Under the pieces are notes generated by a model. The model was not told the origin of the DNA and did not search any database. It saw only the letters and a program-made list of their open reading frames with translations. DNA of 64,000 bases from Eledone cirrhosa (taxonomy: Eukaryota): positions 247,132,001 to 247,196,000 of the forward strand of contig OZ024741.1 in assembly GCA_964016885.1 (NCBI GenBank). Direction: 5' to 3'. A program made the position numbers and the translations under genes. Below are positions 1 to 11,708 of this stretch, piece after piece. The first letter of the stretch is position 1. Every line of letters begins with the position of its first letter.

Positions 1-130
1 GAGGGCTGGAAATTATCTCCCCTTGATATTTTTTACAAATTATCTCCCCCTGATTTTTTTTTCAAATTATCTCCCCCTGATTTTTTTTACAAATTATCTC
101 CCCCCTGATTTTTTTACAAATTATCTCCCC

Positions 131-354
131 TTGGCTGGCTGGAAATTATCTTCCCTTGGAGGCTGGAACTTATCTCCCCTTGGACGGCTAGAAATTACCT
201 CTCCTTGGACGGCTGGAAAATATGTCTCCTTGGACGGCTGGATATTATCTCCCCTTGGACGGCTGGAAATTATCTCCCCTTGGACGGCTGGAAATTATCT
301 CCCCTTGGATGGCTAGATATTACCTCCCCTTGGACGGCTGGAAATTATCTCCCC
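131..354 (+). repeat. Cassette alpha: nine ordered G-monomer variants (224 bp); about 45 complete or partial copies in the window
   Basis: The variant order is fixed: TTGGCTGGCTGG, a 24-bp TTGGAGGCTGGAACTT monomer, CTAGAAATTACC, GGAAAATATGTCTCC, GGATATT, plain, plain, GGATGGCTAGATATTACC, plain. It recurs at 1602, 3439, 5609, 8873, 16855, 23233, 30138, 41814, 50761, 61726 and elsewhere (counted by the GKYVSL peptide in the ORF track). Confidence 0.93.
255..279 (+). repeat. Example of the 25-bp G monomer TTGGACGGCTGGAAATTATCTCCCC
   Basis: Read directly; 13 of 25 bases are G or C. It occurs in runs of about 2-18 copies throughout the window. Confidence 0.97.
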
Positions 355-381
355 TTGATTTTTTTTACAAATTATCTCCCC

Positions 382-409
382 CTGATTTTTTTTTACAAAT
401 TATCTCCCC
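382..409 (+). repeat. Example of the 26-29-bp T monomer CTGA(T)7-10ACAAATTATCTCCCC
   Basis: Read directly. Length variation comes almost entirely from the poly-T tract. It occurs in runs of about 3-14 copies. Confidence 0.97.
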
Positions 410-751
410 CTGATTTTTTTTTAAAAATTATCTCCCCCTGATTTTTGTTTACAAATTATCTCCGCCTGATTTTTTTTTTAAAATTATCTCCCCTTGGACG
501 GCTGGAAATTATCTCCCCTTGGACGGCTGGAAATTATATCTCCTTGGACGGCTAGAATTTACCTCTCCTTGGACGGCTGAAAATTATCTCCCCTTGGACG
601 GCTGGAAATTATCTCCCCTTGATTTTTTTTACAAATTATCTACCCCTGATTTTTTTTACAAATTATCTCCCCCTGATTTTTTTACAAATTATCTCCCCCT
701 GATTTTTTTTACAAATTATCTCCGCCTGATTTTTTTAAATGTTATCTCTCC

Positions 752-851
752 TTGGCTGGCGGGAAATTATCTCCCCTTGGACGGCTGGAAATTATCTCCC
801 CTTGGAAGGATGGAAATTATCTCCCCTTGGACGGCTGGAAATTATCTACCC
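752..851 (+). repeat. Cassette gamma: four G monomers (TTGGCTGGCGGG, plain, TTGGAAGGATGG, ending in CTACCC), often in 206-bp tandem pairs with four T monomers
   Basis: It recurs at 4146, 5059, 6312/6518, 9577/9783, 12246/12452, 42517/42723, 59165/59371 and elsewhere. Each listed pair is 206 bp apart. Confidence 0.9.
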
Positions 852-1308
852 CTGATTTTTTTTACAAATTATCTCCCCCTGATTTTTTATACAAATTATC
901 TCCCCCTGATTTTTTTTTACAAATTATCTACCCCTGATTTTTTTACAAATTATCTCCCCTTGGCTGGCTGGAAATTATCTCCCCTTGGACGGCTAGAAAT
1001 TACCTCTCCTTGGACGGCTGAAAATTATCTCCCCTTGGACGGCTGGAAATTATCTCCCCTTGATTTTTTTACAAATTATCTCCCCCTGATTTTTTTTTTA
1101 CAAATTATCTCCCCCTGATTTTTTTTTACAAATTATCTACCCCTGATTTTTTTTTACAAATTATCTCCCCTAGATTTTTTTTACAAATTATCTCCCCCTG
1201 ATTTTTTTTACAAATTATCTCCCCCTGATTTTTTTTTACAAATTATCTCCCCCTGATTTTTGTTTACAAATTATCTCCGCCTGATTTTTTTAAAAAAATT
1301 ATCTCCCC

Positions 1309-1408
1309 TTGGACGGCTGGAAATTATCTCCCCTTGGACGGCTAGAAATTACCTCTCCTTGGACGGCTGAAAATTATCTCCCCTTGGACGGCTGGAAATT
1401 ATCTCCCC
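1309..1408 (+). repeat. Cassette beta: four G monomers (plain, CTAGAAATTACCTCTCC, CTGAAAATT, plain)
   Basis: Usually preceded by TTTTTGTTT...CTCCGCCTGA-T7A7. It recurs at 1965, 3802, 7075, 14138, 17218, 43935, 57045, 63192 and elsewhere. Confidence 0.9.
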
Positions 1409-4400
1409 TTGATTTTTTTACAAATTATCTCCGCCTGATTTTTTTTTTACAAATTATCTCCCCCTGATTTTTTTTTACAAATTATCTCCCCCTGATTTTT
1501 TTTTACAAATTATTTCCCCCTGATTTTTTTTTACAAATTATCTCCCCCTAATTTTTTTTTACAAATTATCTCCCCCTAATTTTTTTACAAATTATCTCCC
1601 CTTGGCTGGCTGGAAATTATCTCCCCTTGGAGGCTGGAACTTATCTCCCCTTGGACGGCTAGAAATTACGTCTCCTTGGACGGCTGGAAAATATGTCTCC
1701 TTGGACGGCTGGATATTATCTCCACTTGGACGGCTGGAAATTATCTCCCCTTGGACGGCTGGAAATTATCTCCCCTTGGATGGCTAGATATTACCTCCCC
1801 TTGGACGGCTGGAAATTATCTCCCCTTGATTTTTTTTACAAATTATCTCCCCCTGATTTTTTTTTACAAATTATCTCCCCCTGATTTTTTTTTACAAATT
1901 ATCTCCCCCTGATTTTTGTTTACAAATTATCTCCGCCTGATTTTTTTAAAAAAATTATCTCCCCTTGGACGGCTGGAAATTATCTCCCCTTGGACGGCTA
2001 GAAATTACCTCTCCTTGGACGGCTGAAAATTATCTCCCCTTGGACGGCTGGAAATTATCTCCCCTTGATTTTTTTACAAATTATCTCCCCCTGATTTTTT
2101 TTTACAAATTATCTCCCCCTGATTTTTTTTTACAAATTATCTCCCCCTGATTTTTTTACAAATTATCTCCCCCTGATTTTTTTTACAAATTATCTCCGCC
2201 TGATTTTTTTAAATATTATCTCTCCTTGGCTGGCGGGAAATTATCTCCCCTTGGACGGCTGGAAATTATCTCCCCTTGGAAGGGTGGAAATTATCTCCCC
2301 TTGGACGGCTGGAAATTATCTACCCCTGATTTTTTTTACAAATTATCTCCCCCTAATTTTTTTACAAATTATCTCCCCCTGATTTTTTTTACAAATTATC
2401 TCCGCCTGATTTTTTTAAATGTTATCTCTCCTTGGCTGGCGGGAAATTATCTCCCCTTGGACGGCTGGAAATTATCTCCCCTTGGAAGGATGGAAATTAT
2501 CTCCCCTTGGAGGGCTGAAAATTATCTACCCCTGATTTTTTTTACAAATTATCTCCCCCTGATTTTTTTTTTACAAATTATCTCCCCCTGATTTTTTTAC
2601 AAATTATCTCCCCCTGATTTTTTTTTTACAAATTATCTCCCCCTGATTTTTTTACAAATTATCTCCCCTTGGCTGGCTGGAAATTATCTCCCCTTGGAGG
2701 CAGGAACTTATCTCCCCTTGGACGGCTAGAAATTACCTCTCCTTGGACGGCTGGAAAATATGTCTCCTTGGACGGCTGGATATTATCTCCCCTTGGACGG
2801 CTGGAAATTATCTCCCCTTGGACGGCTGGAAATTATCTACCCCTGATTTTTTTTACAAATTATCTCCCCCTGATTTTTTTTACAAATTATCTCCCCCTGA
2901 TTTTTTTTTACAAATTATCTACCCCTGATTTTTTTACAAATTATCTCCCCTTGGCTGGCTGGAAATTATCTCCCCTTGGACGGCTAGAAATTACCTCTCC
3001 TTGGACGGCTGAAAATTATCTCCCCTTGGACGGCTGGAAATTATCTCCCCTTGATTTTTTTACAAATTATCTCCCCCTGATTTTTTTTTTACAAATTATC
3101 TCCCCCTGATTTTTTTTTACAAATTATCTACCCCTGATTTTTTTTTACAAATTATCTCCCCTTGATTTTTTTTACAAATTATCTCCCCCTGATTTTTTTT
3201 ACAAATTATCTCCCCCTGATTTTTTTTTACAAATTATCTCCCCCTGATTTTTGTTTACAAATTATCTCCGCCTGATTTTTTTTTTACAAATTATCTCCCC
3301 CTGATTTTTTTTTACAAATTATCTCCCCCTGATTTTTTTTTACAAATTATCTCCCCCTGATTTTTTTTTACAAATTATCTCCCCCTAATTTTTTTTTACA
3401 AATTATCTCCCCCTAATTTTTTTACAAATTATCTCCCCTTGGCTGGCTGGAAATTATCTCCCCTTGGAGGCTGGAACTTATCTCCCCTTGGACGGCTAGA
3501 AATTACGTCTCCTTGGACGGCTGGAAAATATGTCTCCTTGGACGGCTGGATATTATCTCCCCTTGGACGGCTGGAAATTATCTCCCCTTGGACGGCTGGA
3601 AATTATCTCCCCTTGGATGGCTAGATATTACCTCCCCTTGGACGGCTGGAAATTATCTGCCCTTGATTTTTTTTACAAATTATCTCCCCCTGATTTTTTT
3701 TTACAAATTATCTCCCCCTGATTTTTTTTTACAAATTATCTCCCCCTGATTTTTGTTTACAAATTATCTCCGCCTGATTTTTTTAAAAAAATTATCTCCC
3801 CTTGGACGGCTGGAAATTATCTCCCCTTGGACGGCTAGAAATTACCTCTCCTTGGACGGCTGAAAATTATCTCCCCTTGGACGGCTGGAAATTATCTCCC
3901 CTTGATTTTTTTACAAATTATCTCCCCCTGATTTTTTTTTACAAATTATCTCCCCCTGATTTTTTTTTACAAATTATCTACCCCTGATTTTTTTTTACAA
4001 ATTATCTCCCCCTGATTTTTTTTACAAATTATCTCCCCCTGATTTTTTTTTACAAATTATCTCCCCCTGATTTTTTTACAAATTATCTCCCCCTGATTTT
4101 TTTTACAAATTATCTCCGCCTGATTTTTTTAAATATTATCTCTCCTTGGCTGGCGGGAAATTATCTCCCCTTGGACGGCTGGAAATTATCTCCCCTTGGA
4201 AGGATGGAAATTATCTCCCCTTGGACGGCTGGAAATTATCTACCCCTGATTTTTTTTACAAATTATCTCCCCCTGATTTTTTTACAAATTATCTCCCCCT
4301 GATTTTTTTTACAAATTATCTCCGCCTGATTTTTTTAAATGTTATCTCTCCTTGGCAGGCGGGAAATTATCTCCCCTTGGAGGCTGGAACTTATCTCCCC

Positions 4401-5119
4401 TTGGACGGCTAGAAATTACCTCTCCTTGGACGGCTGGAAAATATGTCTCCTTGGACGGCTGGATATTATCTCCCCTTGGACGGCTGGAAATTATCTCCCC
4501 TTGGACGGCTGGAAATTATCTCCCCTTGGATGGCTAGATATTACCTCCCCTTGGACGGCTGGAAATTATCTCCCCTTGATTTTTTTTACAAATTATCTCC
4601 CCCTGATTTTTTTTTACAAATTATCTCCCCCTGATTTTTTTTTACAAATTATCTCCCCCTGATTTTTGTTTACAAATTATCTCCGCCTGATTTTTTAAAA
4701 AAAATTATCTCCCCTTGGACGGCTGGAAATTATATCCCCTTGGACGGCTAGAAATTACCTCTCCTTGGACGGCTGAAAATTATCTCCCCTTGGACGGCTG
4801 GAAATTATCTCCCCTTGATTTTTTTACAAATTATCTCCCCCTGATTTTTTTTTTACAAATTATCTCCCCCTGATTTTTTTTTACAAATTATCTACCCCTG
4901 ATTTTTTTTACAAATTATCTCCCCCTGATTTTTTTTACAAATTATCTCCCCCTGATTTTTTTTTACAAATTATCTCCCCCTGATTTTTTTACAAATTATC
5001 TCCCCCTGATTTTTTTTACAAATTATCTCCGCCTGATTTTTTTAGATATTATCTCTCCTTGGCTGGCGGGAAATTATCTCCCCTTGGACGGCTGGAAATT
5101 ATCTCCCCTTGGAAGGATG

Positions 5120-8100
5120 GAAATTATCTCCCCTTGGACGGCTGGAAATTATCTACCCCTGATTTTTTTTACAAATTATCTCCCCCTGATTTTTTTACAA
5201 ATTATCTCCCCCTGATTTTTTTTACAAATTATCTCCGCCTGATTTTTTTAAATGTTATCTCTCCTTGGCTGGCGGGAAATTATCTCCCCTTGGACGGCTG
5301 GAAATTATCTCCCCTTGGAAGGATGGAAATTATCTCCCCTTGGACGGCTGAAAATTATCTACCCCTGATTTTTTTTACAAATTATCTCCCCCTGATTTTT
5401 TTTACAAATTATCTCCCCCTGATTTTTTTTACAAATTATCTACCCCTGATTTTTTCTACAAATTATCTCCCCCTGATTTTTTTTACAAATTATCTCCCCC
5501 TGATTTTTTTTTTACAAATTATCTCCCCCTGATTTTTTTACAAATTATCTCCCCCTGATTTTTTTTTACAAATTATCTCCCCCTGATTTTTTTACAAATT
5601 ATCTCCCCTTGGCTGGCTGGAAATTATCTCCCCTTGGAGGCTGGAACTTATCTCCCCTTGGACGGCTAGAAATTACCTCTCCTTGGACGGCTGGAAAATA
5701 TGTCTCCTTGGACGGCTGGATATTATCTCCCCTTGGACGGCTGGAAATTATCTCCCCTTGGACGGCTGGAAATTATCTCCGCTTGGATGGCTAGATATTA
5801 CCTCCCCTTGGACGGCTGGAAATTATCTCCCCTTGATTTTTTTTACAAATTATCTCCCCCTGATTTTTTTTTACAAATTATCTCCCCCTGATTTTTTTTT
5901 ACAAATTATCTCCCCCTGATTTTTGTTTACAAATTATCTCCGCCTGATTTTTTTAAAAAAATTATCTCCCCTTGGACGGCTGGAAATTATCTCCCCTTGG
6001 ACGGCTAGAAATTACCTCCTTGGACGGCTGAAAATTATCTCCCCTTGGACGGCTGGAAATTATCTCCCCTTGATTTTTTTACAAATTATCTCCCCCTGAT
6101 TTTTTTTTTACAAATTATCTCCCCCTGATTTCTTTTACAAATTATCTACCCCTGATTTTTTTTTACAAATTATCTCCCCCTGATTTTTTTTACAAATTAT
6201 CTCCCCTGATTTTTTTTTACAAATTATCTCCCCCTGATTTTTTTACAAATTATCTCCCCCTGATTTTTTTACAAATTATCTCCGCCTGATTTTTTTAAAT
6301 ATTATCTCTCCTTGGCTGGCGGGAAATTATCTCCCCTTGGACGGCTGGAAATTATCTCCCCTTGGAAGGATGGAAATTATCTCCCCTTGGACGGCTGGAA
6401 ATTATCTACCCCTGATTTTTTTTACAAATTATCTCCCCCTGATTTTTTTACAAATTATCTCCCCCTGATTTTTTTTACAAATTATCTCCGCCTGATTTTT
6501 TTAAATGTTATCTCTCCTTGGCTGGCGGGAAATTATCTCCCCTTGGACGGCTGGAAATTATCTCCCCTTGGAAGGATGGAAATTATCTCCCCTTGGACGG
6601 CTGGAAATTATCTACCCCTGATTTTTTTTACAAATTATCTCCCCCTGATTTTTTTTACAAATTATCTCCCCCTGATTTTTTTTTACAAATTATCTACCCC
6701 TGATTTTTTTACAAATTATCTCCCCTTGGCTGGCTGGAAATTATCTCCCCTTGGACGGCTAGAAATTACCTCTCCTTGGACGGCTGAAAATTATCTCCCC
6801 TTGGACGGCTGGAAATTATCTCCCCTTGATTTTTTTACAAATTATCTCCCCCTGATTTTTTTTTTACAAATTATCTCCCCCTGATTTTTTTTTACAAATT
6901 ATCTACCCCTGATTTTTTTTACAAATTATCTCCCCTTGATTTTTTTTACAAATTATCTCCCCCTGATTTTTTTTTACAAATTATCTCCCCCTGATTTTTT
7001 TTTACAAATTATCTCCCCCTGATTTTTGTTTACAAATTATCTCCGCCTGATTTTTTTAAAAAAATTATCTCCCCTTGGACGGCTGGAAATTATCTCCCCT
7101 TGGACGGCTAGAAATTACCTCTCCTTGGACGGCTGAAAATTATCTCCCCTTGGACGGCTGGAAATTATCTCCCCTTGATTTTTTTACAAATTATCTCCCC
7201 CTGATTTTTTTTTTACAAATTATCTCCCCCTGATTTTTTTTTACAAATTATCTACCCCTGATTTTTTTTTACAAATTATCTCGCCCTGATTTTTTTTTAC
7301 AAATTATCTCCCCCTGATTTTTTTTTACAAATTATCTCCCCCTGATTTTTTTACAAATTATCTCCCCCTGATTTTTTTTACAAATTATCTCCGCCTGATT
7401 TTTTTAAATATTATCTCTCCTTGGCTGGCGGGAAATTATCTCCCCTTGGACGGCTGGAAATTATCTCCCCTTGGAAGGATGGAAATTATCTCCCCTTGGA
7501 CGGCTGGAAATTATCTCCCCTTGGAAGGATGGAAATTATCTCCCCTTGGACGGCTGGAAATTATCTACCCCTGATTTTTTTTACAAATTATCTCCCCCTG
7601 ATTTTTTTACAAATTATCTCCGCCTGATTTTTTTAAATGTTATCTCTCCTTGGCTGGCGGGAAATTATCTCCCCTTGGACGGCTGGAAATTATCTCCCCT
7701 TGGAAGGATGGAAATTATCTCCCCTTGGACGGCTGAAAATTATCTACCCCTGATTTTTTTTACAAATTATCTCCCCCTGATTTTTTTTACAAATTATCTC
7801 CCCCTGATTTTTTTTACAAATTATCTACCCCTGATTTTTTTTACAAATTATCTCCCCCTGAATTTTTTTACAAATTATCTCCCCCTGATTTTTTTTTACA
7901 AATTATCTCCCCCTGATTTTTTTTTTACAAATTATCTCCCCCTGATTTTTTTACAAATTATCTCCCCCTGATTTTTTTTACAATCTCCGCCTGATTTTTT
8001 AAAAAATTATCTTCCCTTGGCTGGCGGGAAATTATCTCCCCTTGGACGGCTGGAAATTATCTCCCCTTGGAAGGATGGAAATTATCTCCCCTTGGACGGC

Positions 8101-11100
8101 TGGAAATTATCTCCCCTTGCACGGCTGGAAATTATAGCCCCTTGGAGGGCTGGAAATTATCTCCCCTTGATATTTTTTACAAATTATCTCCCCCTGATTT
8201 TTTTTTCAAATTATCTCCCCCTGATTTTTTTTACAAATTATCTCCCCCCTGATTTTTTTACAAATTATCTCCCCTTGGCTGGCTGGAAATTATCTCCCCT
8301 TGGAGGCTGGAACTTATCTCCCCTTGGACGGCTAGAAATTACCTCTCCTTGGACGGCTGGAAAATATGTCTCCTTGGACGGCTGGATATTATCTCCCCTT
8401 GGACGGCTGGAAATTATCTCCCCTTGGACGGCTGGAAATTATCTACCCCTGATTTTTTTTACAAATTATCTCCCCCTGATTTTTTTACAAATTATCTCCC
8501 CCTGATTTTTTTTACAAATTATCTCCGCCTGATTTTTTTAAATGTTATCTCTCCTTGGCTGGCGGGAAATTATCTCCCCTTGGACGGCTGGAAATTATCT
8601 CCCCTTGGAAGGATGGAAATTATCTCCCCTTGGACGGCTGAAAATTATCTACCCCTGATTTTTTTTACAAATTATCTCCCCCTGATTTTTTTTACAAATT
8701 ATCTACCCCTGATTTTTTCTACAAATTATCTCCCCCTGATTTTTTTTACAAATTATCTCCCCCTGATTTTTTTTTTACAAATTATCTCCCCCTGATTTTT
8801 TTACAAATTATCTCCCCCTGATTTTTTTTTTACAAATTATCTCCCCCTGATTTTTTTACAAATTATCTCCCCTTGGCTGGCTGGAAATTATCTCCCCTTG
8901 GAGGCTGGAACTTATCTCCCCTTAGACGGCTAGAAATTACCTCTCCTTGGACGGCTGGAAAATATGTCTCCTTGGACGGCTGGATATTATCTCCCCTTGG
9001 ACGGCTGGAAATTATCTCCCCTTGGACGGCTGGAAATTATCTCCCCTTGGATGGCTAGATATTACCTCCCCTTGGACGGCTGGAAATTATCTCCCCTTGA
9101 TTTTTTTTACAAATTATCTCCCTCTGATTTTTTTTTACAAATTATCTCCCCCTGATTTTTTTTTACAAATTATCTCCCCCTGATTTTTGTTTACAAATTA
9201 TCTCCGCCTGATTTTTTTAAAAAAATTATCTCCCCTTGGACGGCTGGAAATTATCTCCCCTTGGACGGCTAGAAATTACCTCCTTGGACGGCTGAAAATT
9301 ATCTCCCCTTGGACGGCTGGAAATTATCTCCCCTTGATTTTTTTACAAATTATCTCCCCCTGATTTTTTTTTACAAATTATCTCCCCCTGATTTTTTTTT
9401 ACAAATTATCTACCCCTGATTTTTTTTTACAAATTATCTCCTCCTGATTTTTTTTACAAATTATCTCCCCTGATTTTTTTTTACAAATTATCTCCCCCTG
9501 ATTTTTTTACAAATTATCTCCCCCTGATTTTTTTTACAAATTATCTCCGCCTGATTTTTTTAAATATTATCTCTCCTTGGCTGGCGGGAAATTATCTCCC
9601 CTTGGACGGCTGGAAATTATCTCCCCTTGGAAGGATGGAAATTATCTCCCCTTGGACGGCTGGAAATTATCTACCCCTGATTTTTTTTACAAATTATCTC
9701 CCCCTGATTTTTTTACAAATTATCTCCCCCTGATTTTTTTTACAAATTATCTCCGCCTGATTTTTTTAAATGTTATCTCTCCTTGGCTGGCGGGAAATTA
9801 TCTCCCCTTGGACGGCTGGAAATTATCTCCCCTTGGAAGGATGGAAATTATCTCCCCTTGGACGGCTGGAAATTATCTACCCCTGATTTTTTTTACAAAT
9901 TATCTCCCCCTGATTTTTTTTACAAATTATCTCCCCCTGATTTTTTTTACAAATTATCTACCCCTGATTTTTTTACAAATTATCTCCCCTTGGCTGGCTG
10001 GAAATTATCTCCCCTTGGACGGCTAGAAATTACCTCTCCTTGGACGGCTGAAAATTATCTCCCCTTGGACGGCTGGAAATTATCTCCCCTTGATTTTTTT
10101 ACAAATTATCTCCCCCTGATTTTTTTTTTACAAATTATCTCCCCCTGATTTTTTTTTACAAATTATCTACCCCTGATTTTTTTTACAAATTATCTCCCCT
10201 TGATTTTTTTTACAAATTATCTCCCCCTGATTTTTTTTTACAAATTATCTCCCCCTGATTTTTTTTTACAAATTATCTCCCCCTGATTTTTGTTTACAAA
10301 TTATCTCCGCCTGATTTTTTTAAAAAAATTATCTCCCCTTGGACGGCTGGAAATTATCTCCCCTTGGACGGCTAGAAATTACCTCTCCTTGGACGGCTGA
10401 AAATTATCTCCCCTTGGACGGCTGGAAATTATCTCCCCTTGATTTTTTTACAAATTATCTCCCCCTGATTTTTTTTTTACAAATTATCTCCCCCTGATTT
10501 TTTTTTACAAATTATCTACCCCTGATTTTTTTTTACAAATTATCTCGCCCTGATTTTTTTTTACAAATTATCTCCCCCTGATTTTTTTTTACAAATTATC
10601 TCCCCCTGATTTTTTTACAAATTATCTCCCCCTGATTTTTTTTACAAATTATCTCCGCCTGATTTTTTTAAATATTATCTCTCCTTGGCTGGCGGGAAAT
10701 TATCTCCCCTTGGACGGCTGGAAATTATCTCCCCTTGGAAGGATGGAAATTATCTCCCCTTGGACGGCTGGAAATTATCTCCCCTTGGAAGGATGGAAAT
10801 TATCTCCCCTTGGACGGCTGGAAATTATCTACCCCTGATTTTTTTTACAAATTATCTCCCCCTGATTTTTTTACAAATTATCTCCCCCTGATTTTTTTAA
10901 ATGTTATCTCTCCTTGGCTGGCGGGAAATTATCTCCCCTTGGACGGCTGGAAATTATCTCCCCTTGGAAGGATGGAAATTATCTCCCCTTGGACGGCTGA
11001 AAATTATCTACCCCTGATTTTTTTTACAAATTATCTCCCCCTGATTTTTTTTACAAATTATCTCCCCCTGATTTTTTTTACAAATTATCTACCCCTGATT

Positions 11101-11708
11101 TTTTTTACAAATTATCTCCCCCTGAATTTTTTTACAAATTATCTCCCCCTGATTTTTTTTTACAAATTATCTCCCCCTGATTTTTTTTTTACAAATTATC
11201 TCCCCCTGATTTTTTTACAAATTATCTCCCCCTGATTTTTTTTACAATCTCCGCCTGATTTTTTAAAAAATTATCTTCCCTTGGCTGGCGGGAAATTATC
11301 TCCCCTTGGACGGCTGGAAATTATCTCCCCTTGGAAGGATGGAAATTATCTCCCCTTGGACGGCTGGAAATTATCTCCCCTTGCACGGCTGGAAATTATA
11401 GCCCCTTGGAGGGCTGGAAATTATCTCCCCTTGATATTTTTTACAAATTATCTCCCCCTGATTTTTTTTTCAAATTATCTCCCCCTGATTTTTTTTACAA
11501 ATTATCTCCCCCCTGATTTTTTTACAAATTATCTCCCCTTGGCTGGCTGGAAATTATCTCCCCTTGGAGGCTGGAACTTATCTCCCCTTGGACGGCTAGA
11601 AATTACCTCTCCTTGGACGGCTGGAAAATATGTCTCCTTGGACGGCTGGATATTATCTCCCCTTGGACGGCTGGAAATTATCTCCCCTTGGACGGCTGGA
11701 AATTATCT
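5120..11708 (+). repeat. Tandem duplication, unit about 3.26 kb
   Basis: Offsets are constant: 5609/8873, 7421/10685 and 8017/11281 differ by 3264, and 6312/9577 by 3265. Both copies share CTCGCCC, CTGAATTTT, the double GGAAGGATGG and the delta cassette. Boundaries are approximate. Confidence 0.88.
7975..8274 (+). repeat. Cassette delta: rarer variant block (ACAATCTCCGCC deletion monomer, TTGCACGG, TTATAGCCCC, TTGATATTTTTT, TTTTCAAA)
   Basis: The same diagnostic variants occur at about 8.0, 11.3, 15.0 and 60.9 kb, and the tail of the block occurs at 1-130. Confidence 0.85.

Larger units (their letters stand above)
633..7190 (+). repeat. Block copied at offset 28,536 bp (633-4173 at 29169-32709) and at offset about 36,205 bp (633 to about 7190 at about 36.8-43.4 kb)
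   Basis: Matching positions: 752/29288/36958, 1602/30138/37807, 3802/32338/40007, 4352/40557 and 6518/42723. Shared variants include TTTTTTATACA, CCCCTAGA, CTCCACTTGG, GGAAGGGTGG and TTGGCAGGCGGG. Confidence 0.92.

Noticed and set aside
255-304. Telomerase-type repeat resembling the 23-25-bp Candida or Kluyveromyces telomere units (ACGG, CTTGG)
   Set aside because: The similarity is limited to a few bases. The 64-kb length, two monomer types and inherited higher-order variants fit recombinational amplification rather than templated addition. A subtelomeric location is not excluded.
355-480. Poly-T runs as intrinsic or Pol III terminators, or as phased A-tract bends
   Set aside because: There is no upstream gene or strong hairpin. 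The 26-29 bp spacing is about 2.5-2.75 helical turns, so it is not phased for cumulative curvature.
761-776. NF-kB/Rel-like site GGGAAATTATCTCCCC
   Set aside because: The spacing between GGG and CC does not fit GGGRNWYYCC, and there is no gene context.
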